Assembly: GCA_049523555.1 (NCBI GenBank)
Contig: JBEKMU010000010.1
Coordinates: 1,395-65,394 of the forward strand
Length of the DNA stretch: 64,000 nucleotides
Direction of reading: 5' to 3'
From: Verrucomicrobiota bacterium
GTDB taxonomy: Bacteria; Verrucomicrobiota; Verrucomicrobiia; Limisphaerales; UBA11358
The translations under genes were made by a program, and so were the position numbers. Shown here in pieces: positions 1 through 8,609 of the stretch (the first letter of the stretch is position 1; every line of letters begins with the position of its first letter). The notes under the pieces were generated by a model, which was given only the letters and a program-made list of their open reading frames with translations, was not told the origin of the DNA and made no database searches.

Positions 1-9
1 GCCCGATAA

Positions 10-939
10 ATGTCGCACCAGCCGGACAACATTTTTGCCGGGACACAGGTCGTGTCGCTGGTCGAAGTGCGGGGAACGAATAATTCTCTGGTTCACCCAC
101 GCGGTGCGGTGGGCGTCGTCACGCGTACGCCCACCGGCGATCAAAATCAATTCCTCGTCCGCTTCCCTGACGGTTTCGAAGCGTCTCTCACCCGCGAGCA
201 GTTGGATGTCCTGAAGCATTTCAAGGATCGCCTTCAAAGTAGCGCAGGCGTCCCGCCTGCGAACTTCGACTTGGAATCGCTGGTCGTCTACCGCTGCGTC
301 GTTGGCTCGCGGGCGTATGGACTGGACAACGATGAATCCGACACCGACCGGCGCGGCATCTATCTTGCGCCTGCCGAACTGCAATGGTCGCTCTTCGGCG
401 CGCCGGAACAGTTCGAGGACAATGCCACGCAAAGCTGCTACTGGGAATTGCAGAAATTCCTAACCATGGCGCTCAAGGCGAATCCGAACATTCTGGAATG
501 TCTCTACTCGCCGATGGTGGAAAAGGTCACGCCTTTGGGTGAAGAATTGCTGGCCATGCGGGAAGCGTTCCTGAGTCAGATGATTTTTCAAACCTTCAAC
601 GGCTACGCCATGAGCCAGTTCAAGAAGATCGAGCAGGACATTCGAAATTCAGGCCAGATTAAATGGAAACACGCCATGCATCTGCTGCGCCTGCTGCTGA
701 CCGGCGCAGCCACATTGCAAAACGGCAATGTGCCAGTGCACGTCGAGGCGCACCGCGAACGATTACTTGCCGTCAAACGCGGCGAAATGTCGTGGGCCGA
801 AGTGGACGCTTGGCGGAAGGAACTTCACCACGACTTCGAACTCGCTCTGGCCGAAACCAAACTGCCCGAACGCCCCGATTACGAAGCGGCGAACCGCTTC
901 CTTATCAAAGCACGGTGGGAAGTCACCGAACGGAAATGA
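10..939 (+). CDS. Pol-beta-fold nucleotidyltransferase (pfam10127/RlaP-like), NTase-1 of a three-gene cassette
   Basis: 309-aa ORF. Motif VVGSRAYGLDNDESDTDRRGIY (GS-x10-DxD) plus a helical C-terminal half and an extra ~90-aa N-terminal region. Paralogue of 3873..4688. TAA at 7-9 abuts the ATG. Confidence 0.7.
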   Translation: MSHQPDNIFAGTQVVSLVEVRGTNNSLVHPRGAVGVVTRTPTGDQNQFLVRFPDGFEASLTREQLDVLKHFKDRLQSSAGVPPANFDLESLVVYRCVVGSRAYGLDNDESDTDRRGIYLAPAELQWSLFGAPEQFEDNATQSCYWELQKFLTMALKANPNILECLYSPMVEKVTPLGEELLAMREAFLSQMIFQTFNGYAMSQFKKIEQDIRNSGQIKWKHAMHLLRLLLTGAATLQNGNVPVHVEAHRERLLAVKRGEMSWAEVDAWRKELHHDFELALAETKLPERPDYEAANRFLIKARWEVTERK

Positions 940-945
940 CACATA

Positions 946-3870
946 ATGGCCTCAATTGATCAAGTCGTTCAGCAAATCCGATTCGCTTTAGAGAACCTCT
1001 CCGAACGAAACGGGCAGCATGAGTTCGAGCATCTTTGTCGGCATTTCGCTCGTCACCGTATCTGTTTTAATATTCTTCCAGCGACTGGACCTGTTGGCGG
1101 TGGGGGCGATCAAGGCAAGGACTTTGAAACCTTCCGAACTTTTATCCACAGCCTCGGTGATGATAAATTCGCGGCCGTTGCTGAAAAAAAGAAACTGGCC
1201 TTTGCCTGCTCGCTCCAGAAGCAGGGGAATTTAAACAGGAAGATTCGCAGTGACGTCACGACCATCATGTCAGGCTCGCAACGGCCAGACATCATTTATT
1301 TCTTCTCGTCGCGTCCGGTGAATGTTGCCGCACGCCATAAGCATCAGTCGTGGGCACAAGAAAAACATCGCGTTGAGTTAGAGATTATTGACAGGGAAGC
1401 GCTGGCTGAACAATTATCGGATCCAAAAGTCTTTTGGATCGCGACACGGTATCTCAATGTACCGTTAGAAATCTTCCCGCCGCTCCCAAAGGCAAATGAA
1501 GAGTATGAAATCAAGAAGACAAGTTGGGCCAAGGCAACTGATTCGCCGTCCCGCTATTCTGATTTCGTGGAGTTGAAGCGATGCGCCCGGTATGCGCTTA
1601 ACAATTCACCCCAGGATGTCCCTTTCTGGTTAGGATTTCTCGAACAGTTCGAGAAATCACGGTTTGATGATCCTGTTTGGACACAAGTTGCCTATGAAAT
1701 CATGGTCTTGACTGTTCGGCAGACACGTTCGCTACGCGGTCAGGAAGAACGGATTCGCCGATATCTTTCCCAAGCTGAGAAGTTCCAGTATCCTGATGAG
1801 GTCGACAATGCCGTCACGATAATAGGCTACTTGGTTGGTGCTCATCGGTTGGGTGAAATCGAAATGGCCTCGAAAGAGATTCATCAACGATGGCTGGAGT
1901 TTCGGGACAAGATCGAACGCGGCATTGCGAAGCCAGCATCACCAAATCAACTTTGCCTCTGGCTTGAAATTCGTGGCCACCTTTCATTTGCGGGAGGCGT
2001 GATGAAGGAAACTCTGCCCGACATTGGTGAAACGCTTTCATGGTGGTTACGGGCCGCTATAAAATGTTCAAAAGCACCGGCTTTTCCGGTTCAGCAGTTC
2101 CATGACAATCTTTTTGATTACATGGGATTTATTGGAGAGCACCCGACATTTGAGGCAATTCTCGAAAAACTGCGGCCAGAGATTGCCAAGCGAACGGGTA
2201 AGGCCGCACTTGCAGAATCCCACTTTAAAAGAGCGCAACAGTTCTCCAAGCAAAAACAATTCGTCCGAGCCATTCGGGAACTCCACTCGGCTCGCGTGAA
2301 GTGGTTTTCGGAGGAGACGCTCGAATGCTCCGCACTTTGTGGCGTTCTTGTCGCACGCTGCTATTCGTGTCTAGGTCTACACTACGCGGCTATTTACTAT
2401 GCTCTGGCAACTGGGTTCATCGTGGCAAATGCCCCTCAACCGTCACTCACAGACAAGCTCTACGAGTGTCTGGCTACCGCTGCGGAGGCTGCGTACGGAC
2501 AGGGGCATTGGTACTTGTTTTTTGGATTAACGGAAGCCTTGCTCATTCTGCACAGGGAGCGTGCGCCGAATCCAACTGATCTTGAAAAGCACGAGCACCT
2601 CCAGTGGTTGGTGCAAAATCTCCCGATGGCATCGCTCGTAACACAGCGGCTAGTTCCGTCTCATTTTGATCGGTTCATGAATAATGTCCGTCGCTTGGGA
2701 TTCGGCAAACTGACTGAGGAAGGAATGGGCGTAATCAGACCGCCCTTTGACAAGTGGACGAAGGAGGAATTCGCGAATGCCCTTCGCAAAAGTTTTACCG
2801 GTCCGCCATTCTCGGACGCCGGCAAAAAATGTGAGGTCACATGGTCAGCCTTGGGCGTCAGGTGGCGAGTTCGATGGGACAACACCTACCAAGCGTTCAA
2901 AGTCGCTGGTGAATGCGTTGCATTCCTTCAAATTGCCATCGCGGAATTTGTAGGTTGTGACCTTGATGTTGTGCCGGGTGACTTGCGGGCAGAAATCGAA
3001 CTGACGGACGAAGCAAAAGTTACTGTAGAACCGTTACCGGATAATACTGCCTATCAATGGCGGTTTCGCGTGCCGCGAGTACCTGTACTTGGGCGTGGGG
3101 GAGTAAACGACTATGTCACGCATATGCTCATTTGTGTGGTCAAGATAGTTCGGGCGTTTTCTGTAATGCCGTCGGACAAATTCAAATCATTGGTCATCGG
3201 TGAAAGAGGATCACGTGTTTTCAGCCACGCGTTCTTCGCGCGGCGCTTCCCTGAGTTGATTGAGTTCTTCCTGCCCGAAGTTGGATTTCGAGCCGATTCT
3301 CGTACGGCCTTTGAGTGTCCTATCCAACCGGAAGGGTGGAGACCCATAGTTCCATCGGAACTCGAATGGATAAATACAGTTCATCCGAGTTTTGATGAGG
3401 CCGCAGAACTGGGGCGAATTCGCAAACGTTACGATGTGACAACACGAGGTCTCAAGTTCACGCTGAAACGGCTGCAAGAAAACTCGGAGTTTCGCTCAAT
3501 TGTTGCGAATCTGCGAGCCAAAGGCTGGAAAGACTGGCATGTGCTTCAGGCGATGTTGAATGCCGTTGCCAACTATCGCACTAACGAAAAGCTCGGGAGA
3601 TTTGCCGGAAAGGCCGAGTGGATAAAAGCCTTCAAAGAGGAGAGCTTTTCAGAGGAACGGCCAGATAGCTTAACAGTACCGATTGAGAAGCTCTCTGAAC
3701 GTGAGCTCGAATTTGCCACACTCACGACCGTGTTAAGCACCTTGTCTCACTTGGGCCTTGAACCGCGCCACACCACGCCCAATTTCGAAGGTTTGCGAGA
3801 ATACCTTCGACATCGCTGGCGTTACTGGGATTTGGATGTGGAACATCCGCCGGTTTTTGAGGAGTCCTGA
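946..3870 (+). CDS. 974-aa protein: N-terminal Mrr-like restriction-endonuclease-like domain plus ~790-aa helical region of unknown function
   Basis: Long ORF with 6-nt and 2-nt spacers to its neighbours. N-terminal pattern GQHEFEHLC...GGGGDQGKDFETF...LAFACSLQK resembles the Mrr core (FE-x-L, GDxGxD, strand-QK). No Walker A seen. Visibly AT-richer than the flanks. Confidence 0.5.
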   Translation: MASIDQVVQQIRFALENLSERNGQHEFEHLCRHFARHRICFNILPATGPVGGGGDQGKDFETFRTFIHSLGDDKFAAVAEKKKLAFACSLQKQGNLNRKIRSDVTTIMSGSQRPDIIYFFSSRPVNVAARHKHQSWAQEKHRVELEIIDREALAEQLSDPKVFWIATRYLNVPLEIFPPLPKANEEYEIKKTSWAKATDSPSRYSDFVELKRCARYALNNSPQDVPFWLGFLEQFEKSRFDDPVWTQVAYEIMVLTVRQTRSLRGQEERIRRYLSQAEKFQYPDEVDNAVTIIGYLVGAHRLGEIEMASKEIHQRWLEFRDKIERGIAKPASPNQLCLWLEIRGHLSFAGGVMKETLPDIGETLSWWLRAAIKCSKAPAFPVQQFHDNLFDYMGFIGEHPTFEAILEKLRPEIAKRTGKAALAESHFKRAQQFSKQKQFVRAIRELHSARVKWFSEETLECSALCGVLVARCYSCLGLHYAAIYYALATGFIVANAPQPSLTDKLYECLATAAEAAYGQGHWYLFFGLTEALLILHRERAPNPTDLEKHEHLQWLVQNLPMASLVTQRLVPSHFDRFMNNVRRLGFGKLTEEGMGVIRPPFDKWTKEEFANALRKSFTGPPFSDAGKKCEVTWSALGVRWRVRWDNTYQAFKVAGECVAFLQIAIAEFVGCDLDVVPGDLRAEIELTDEAKVTVEPLPDNTAYQWRFRVPRVPVLGRGGVNDYVTHMLICVVKIVRAFSVMPSDKFKSLVIGERGSRVFSHAFFARRFPELIEFFLPEVGFRADSRTAFECPIQPEGWRPIVPSELEWINTVHPSFDEAAELGRIRKRYDVTTRGLKFTLKRLQENSEFRSIVANLRAKGWKDWHVLQAMLNAVANYRTNEKLGRFAGKAEWIKAFKEESFSEERPDSLTVPIEKLSERELEFATLTTVLSTLSHLGLEPRHTTPNFEGLREYLRHRWRYWDLDVEHPPVFEES

Positions 3871-3872
3871 GA

Positions 3873-4688
3873 ATGACCATTGACCCACGCCTTCAGCGCA
3901 TCGTCGCGGCGCAGCCGTATCCGCTGCTGTTCGCCACGATCAGCGGCGCGCACCTTTATGGATTTCCGTCGCCGGACTCGGATTTCGACCTGCGCGGCGC
4001 GCATGTGCTGCCGCTTGAAAAGGTCGTAGGGCTGGATGTACGCGATGAAACGGTCGAGGACTCGCGGGTGATTGACGGGCTCGACATGGACATTGTGAGC
4101 CATGACGTGAAGAAATTCTTCGGACTGTTGCTCAAGAAGAACGGTTACGTGCTGGAACAGCTTTTCTCGCCGCTCATCGTCCATACCACGCCGGAGCATC
4201 AGGAACTGAAGGCGATCTGTGCCTTCAAGCCGGTTGCGTCGAACGACAACATTCCTTTTCCTGCGCCCGGCGGTGTTATCACCAAGCATCACTCGTATCA
4301 CTACTGCGGCTTCGCGGAGACGCAGTGGAAGCTATTCCTGAAGGAATCGCCGCGGCGGGTGAAGCCGTTGCTCTACGTTTATCGCGTCCTGCTCACGGGC
4401 ATTCACCTAATGCGTACGGGCGAAGTGGAGGCAAACCTCCTGACGTTGAACGAGGAGTTTCGATTGCCTTACATCGCTGACCTCGTGGCACGAAAGCTGG
4501 CCGGGCCGGAAAAATCCAGACTGGAAGACGCAGATGTCGCCTTCCACGAATCGGAATACCAACGATTGCGGGGAGAATTGCAGGCGGCACATGAGACCAG
4601 CCAGCTCCCGGAGTTGCCCAGCGAGGAAACGCGAGCAGCGTTGAATGATTTGCTCGTGAGAATTCGCACCAAAAAGTTTTCGCGTTGA
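3873..4688 (+). CDS. Pol-beta-fold nucleotidyltransferase (pfam10127/RlaP-like), NTase-2
   Basis: 271-aa ORF. Motif ISGAHLYGFPSPDSDFDLRG plus a helical C-terminal half. Start is 2 nt after the upstream stop. Confidence 0.7.
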   Translation: MTIDPRLQRIVAAQPYPLLFATISGAHLYGFPSPDSDFDLRGAHVLPLEKVVGLDVRDETVEDSRVIDGLDMDIVSHDVKKFFGLLLKKNGYVLEQLFSPLIVHTTPEHQELKAICAFKPVASNDNIPFPAPGGVITKHHSYHYCGFAETQWKLFLKESPRRVKPLLYVYRVLLTGIHLMRTGEVEANLLTLNEEFRLPYIADLVARKLAGPEKSRLEDADVAFHESEYQRLRGELQAAHETSQLPELPSEETRAALNDLLVRIRTKKFSR

Positions 4689-4775
4689 AAACGATTCGTG
4701 TTGTTTTCCACCTTCGCCAAGGCTACGGTGGACCGGCGTGTTTATTCATGGTTAGCATCACGTCGTTTTGTCCCG

Positions 4776-5933
4776 ATGAAAGCAATTCTGGCACTTGAAG
4801 ACGGCTCGGTGTATCAGGGGCAGGGTTTCGGCGCGCGCGCGTCCGCGTGCGGCGAGGTCTGCTTCAATACTTCGATGACCGGCTACCAGGAAATCCTCAC
4901 CGACCCTTCCTACAAAGGCCAGATTGTCACGATGACCTATCCGCTCATCGGCAATTACGGCGTGAATGCCGTGGATGTGGAATCGTGGCAGCCGCACGTC
5001 GCCGGTTTCGTCGTCCGCGAACTTTCGCCGGTCGTCAGCAACTGGCGCGCGGATTTTTCGCTCGCCGAATATCTGGAGAAAAACGGGGTTCCGGGAATTC
5101 AAGGCATTGACACGCGGGCGTTGACCAAAAAACTCCGCGTGCGCGGTGCGATGAACGGATTTATTTCCACGGAAAACATTCCGGACGAGGAGGCCCTGCG
5201 CCGCGCGAAGGAATTCGTCTTCGTCGGCGTGGATTACGTCAAGGAAGTCACGCACAAGAAAGCCTTTCGCTGGGATGAAAAGGACGAGCAGAGCGGGGCG
5301 TTCGACCTGGCGCGCGGCAACGCGACCGTTGACGCCCGGCAAAATCGCAAGCCGCTGCCGCCTGCGGACATTCCCATTGTCGCCCTGGACTACGGGCTGA
5401 AATACAACATTCTGCGCCGGCTGCGGCAGCACGGTTTCAGTGTGCAGGTTTTGCCGGCGACGGCGTCCGCCGACGACGTGCTCAAGCACAAACCGGCGGG
5501 CATTTTTCTGTCCAACGGCCCCGGCGACCCGGCGGTGCTTGATTACATCGTGCGCGCAGTGAAGGCGCTGGTGGACACCGGTATTCCGATTTTCGGGATT
5601 TGTCTCGGCCACCAGATTCTCGGCCTGGCGTTCGGCGGGAAAACCTTCAAATTGAAATTCGGCCATCGCGGCGCGAACCAGCCGGTGAAGGATTTCGAGA
5701 CCGGCCGGGTGGAAATCACGGCGCAGAACCACGGTTTCGCCGTGGACCCTGCGAGCCTGCCGCCGGACGTGGCCGTCAATCGCATCAATCTCAACGACCA
5801 GACCGTGGAAGGTTTGCGGCACAAAACGAAGCCGGTGTTCTGCGTGCAGTATCATCCCGAAGCCTCGCCCGGGCCGCACGATTCGACGCCGCTGTTCGCT
5901 GAATTCCGCGCCCTGATTGAGCGGCGGGGTTGA
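4776..5933 (+). CDS. carA: carbamoyl-phosphate synthase small (glutaminase) subunit
   Basis: [21 protein letters not shown]-terminus and GICLGHQ glutamine amidotransferase motif. Start trimmed to the internal ATG at 4776. Confidence 0.93.
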   Translation: MKAILALEDGSVYQGQGFGARASACGEVCFNTSMTGYQEILTDPSYKGQIVTMTYPLIGNYGVNAVDVESWQPHVAGFVVRELSPVVSNWRADFSLAEYLEKNGVPGIQGIDTRALTKKLRVRGAMNGFISTENIPDEEALRRAKEFVFVGVDYVKEVTHKKAFRWDEKDEQSGAFDLARGNATVDARQNRKPLPPADIPIVALDYGLKYNILRRLRQHGFSVQVLPATASADDVLKHKPAGIFLSNGPGDPAVLDYIVRAVKALVDTGIPIFGICLGHQILGLAFGGKTFKLKFGHRGANQPVKDFETGRVEITAQNHGFAVDPASLPPDVAVNRINLNDQTVEGLRHKTKPVFCVQYHPEASPGPHDSTPLFAEFRALIERRG

Positions 5934-5992
5934 GATGAGATTTCCGTTTGACTTGAAACGGGCAGCAGTCATAATCGGTTCACCGTAAAGCT

Positions 5993-6544
5993 ATGGCCAA
6001 ACTTGTTATCCTGACTCAAGGCATGACCGACCGGGCGCATGAGTTGAAAGCGGATCGCACCACCATCGGCCGTGTGGAGGATAACCTGTTTCAAATCGCC
6101 GAGCCGTCCGTCTCCAGCCATCACTGCGAGGTGCTTTTACGCGGCAATGACGTCGTTATCAAAGACCTCGATTCCACCAACGGCACGTTCATCAACGGCG
6201 AAAAAATCGCCGAAAGCATTTTGAAACCCGGCCAGACCTTGCGCCTCGGCAACGTGGAACTGCGCCTCGACACCGGCGCGCCGGCAGCCGCTCCCGCTCC
6301 CGCACCGGCTGGTGCGCCCGCCAAAAAAACCCCGGACGGCACAATGGTCATGCCGCGTGGCGTCAGTTTGGGTGATTTGGAAAAGGGCGGTGGACGCCCC
6401 GCGGGTTTCGACACCAACAAGGAATTTTCCAAAAGGACCAACAAGGTCAACAGCATCTTCCTCATCATCGGCATCGCTGCCGGTTTGCTCATCATCGCTC
6501 TTATCCTCTACGCGCTCTCGCTCGCCGGCAACAGCCACAAATAA
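5993..6544 (+). CDS. FHA domain protein with C-terminal transmembrane anchor
   Basis: TIGR..N..I....VSSHHCEV...VVIKDLDSTNGTFINGEKI is a typical FHA pattern. Ala/Pro linker and hydrophobic C-terminus. Confidence 0.8.
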   Translation: MAKLVILTQGMTDRAHELKADRTTIGRVEDNLFQIAEPSVSSHHCEVLLRGNDVVIKDLDSTNGTFINGEKIAESILKPGQTLRLGNVELRLDTGAPAAAPAPAPAGAPAKKTPDGTMVMPRGVSLGDLEKGGGRPAGFDTNKEFSKRTNKVNSIFLIIGIAAGLLIIALILYALSLAGNSHK

Positions 6545-6562
6545 AAATCCGGTTTCGCGGTC

Positions 6563-7222
6563 ATGAAACCGCGCTCTTCAAATCAAAGAAAACAAGCCTT
6601 CACGCTCATGGAGTTGCTGGTCGTCATCGCCGTGCTGGCAATACTGCTTGCAACGATTGACTTTGGGCCGTCGCAGAACGCTAAAAAAAAGGCCCAACGC
6701 ATAAATTGCGTCAGCAATCTGCATCAAATTGGCACCGCTTTCAAAGTTTGGGAGGGCGACCAACTTGTAAGATATCCAATGCAGATCTCGGTAACGAATG
6801 GGGGAACAAGGGAATTAGCTGAAAGTGGAATCGTTTATGTGAATTTTCAAGTCATGTCCAACCAGTTGAGCACACCAGAAATCCTCGTCTGCAGGGCAGA
6901 TAACAGTCGAGTTGCAGCAACCAATTTTTCAACTGATTTTAATAACGGCAAAATCAGTTATTTCGTTGGCTTGGATGCCGCCGACGAATATCCGCAACGA
7001 GTTCTTTCCGGCGACGACAATTTTGAAATCGGCGGCGTATCAGTAGAACCTGGCTTGTTGCGACTTTCGACGAACACCCCCGTCTCTTGGACGGCAGCGC
7101 GACACAAGCACATAGGAAACATTCTCCTCGCTGACGGCTCAGTCTCGCAAACAGACGACAAATCGCTGGTTGAAAAATTGCAGGCCACCGGCCTCGCCAC
7201 CAACCGGCTGGCGATTCCGTAG
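6563..7222 (+). CDS. prepilin-type N-terminal cleavage/methylation domain protein, H-X9-DG (DUF1559-like) family
   Basis: QAFTLMELLVVIAVLAILLA leader and HKHIGNILLADG (H-X9-DG) near the C-terminus. Confidence 0.85.
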   Translation: MKPRSSNQRKQAFTLMELLVVIAVLAILLATIDFGPSQNAKKKAQRINCVSNLHQIGTAFKVWEGDQLVRYPMQISVTNGGTRELAESGIVYVNFQVMSNQLSTPEILVCRADNSRVAATNFSTDFNNGKISYFVGLDAADEYPQRVLSGDDNFEIGGVSVEPGLLRLSTNTPVSWTAARHKHIGNILLADGSVSQTDDKSLVEKLQATGLATNRLAIP

Positions 7223-7302
7223 GCAGGGCGCGTTCTCCGAACGCGCCGGCCATCACAATACAATCGCCACGGCGCGATGGGGACATCGCACCCTGCCAAT
7301 TT

Positions 7303-7336
7303 CAATTCGTGATAATTCGCGAAATTCGCGGATAAT
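7303..7336 (+). repeat. ATTCGYG periodic motif block upstream of prfB
   Basis: CAATTCGTGATAATTCGCGAAATTCGCGGATAAT. A related block lies at 13312..13375. Confidence 0.4.
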
Positions 7337-7379
7337 CCCTTCTGGCTTCCGGCTTCCGGTTTCGGTATTTTCCTTCGCC

Positions 7380-8523
7380 ATGTTCGAAACGGTTAAAACA
7401 GAAATTACGACGGCGTCAGAGAAACTCGCGCACCTGCGGAGGTTTCTTTGACGTGCCCGCCGCGCAGAAGCGCCTCGGCGAGCTCAACGCCCTGATGGCC
7501 GCCGACAATTTCTGGAACAACCGCGAAAAGGCGCAGGCGCTGATTGACGAGGCCAACTCCCTCCGCAACAAAATCGAGCCGCTGCTTCAGGCGGAAAAAC
7601 ATCTGGAGGATTTCCGTGTGATGCTCGAACTCGGCGGGGCCGAACCCGCCGACGCACAACCGAAAGTCCAGCAGGAATTGGAACGCGACGTCGCGAAATT
7701 TGTCAAGGACCTCGATGCGCTGGAACTGAAGGTCTTTCTCAGCGGCCCGCACGACCGGAAGAATTGCATCCTGAGCATCAACGCCGGCGCGGGCGGCACC
7801 GAGGCGCAGGATTGGGCGGAAATGCTGTCGCGCATGTATCAGCGGTGGGCAGAATCGCGCAGCTGGGAGGTCGAAGTCACCGACGCGCTGCCCGGCGAAG
7901 GCGCAGGCCTCAAGAGCGTTACCATGCTGCTTCAAGGCGAAAACGCCTACGGCTTCGCCAAGGCCGAACGCGGCGTGCACCGGCTGGTGCGCATTTCGCC
8001 GTTCGACGCGAACAAGCGGCGGCACACCAGCTTCGCCAGCGTGGACGTGATTGCCGAAATCGAGGAAAACACCGACCTCGTCATTCCCCCAAATGAGTTT
8101 CAAGTGGACACGTTTCGTTCCGGCGGCAAAGGCGGCCAGAACGTGAACAAGGTCGAAACCGCCGTCCGCATCACGCACATTCCGACCGGTCTCGTCGTCG
8201 CGTCGCAAACCCAGCGGTCACAGCACCAAAATCGCGCCACGGCGATGCGACTGTTGCTCTCGCGGATTTATGCCCAACGGCAGGACGCGGCGAAGGCCGA
8301 GATGGAGCGGTTTTATGGCGAGAAAGGCAGCATTTCGTGGGGTAACCAGATTCGCAGCTACGTCTTTCAGCCCTATCGCATGGTGAAGGATTTGCGCACG
8401 GGCGTCGAAACCAGCAATGTTCAAGCTGTGATGGACGGCGATTTGGATCAATTCGTGAACGGCTGGCTCCGCGCCGGTTGTCCGACGAAGCGGATGCAGG
8501 GCGTTAAGGATGATGAGGAATAA
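7380..8523 (+). CDS. prfB: peptide chain release factor 2, requires programmed +1 frameshift at 7446-7452
   Basis: ORF0 MFETVKTEITTASEKLAHLRRFL ends at CTT TGA C. The +1 frame continues DVPAAQKRLGELNALMAADNFWNN and includes the SPF and GGQ motifs. Confidence 0.95.
7438..7452 (+). promoter_or_regulatory. RF2 autoregulatory +1 frameshift site (internal SD GGAGG + CUU UGA C)
   Basis: GGAGG at 7438-7442, then 3 nt, then CTT TGA C at 7446-7452. Confidence 0.9.
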
Positions 8524-8528
8524 AATGG

Positions 8529-8600
8529 GTCAGTAGTCAATAGTTGATAGTTAATAGCAATCGCCAGCGCACTACTGACTACTGGCTACTAACTGCTAAC
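8529..8600. repeat. inverted arrays of GTYARTA heptamer repeats (REP-like, intergenic prfB/trpC)
   Basis: GTCAGTA GTCAATA GTTGATA GTTAATA, an 11-nt spacer, then the mirror array (reverse complement GTTAGCA GTTAGTA GCCAGTA GTCAGTA). Confidence 0.6.
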
Positions 8601-8609
8601 AATTGACCA

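Noticed and set aside
663-959. Small overlapping ORFs inside the first NTase gene (663..959, 728..946) and inside the 974-aa gene (e.g. 1019..1234, 2301..2579).
   Set aside because: They are out-of-frame, low in complexity and embedded in longer ORFs with recognisable domains.
4758-5972. 404-aa ORF antisense to carA. Similar long antisense ORFs lie at 7405..8208 (prfB), 13960..15129 (ilvC), 21203..21847, 22135..23016, 28674..29663, 50206..51387, 51409..52155 and 58187..59089.
   Set aside because: These are typical shadow ORFs of GC-rich DNA. Their translations are Arg/Ala/Gly/His-rich and low in complexity, while the opposite strand encodes proteins with unmistakable family signatures.
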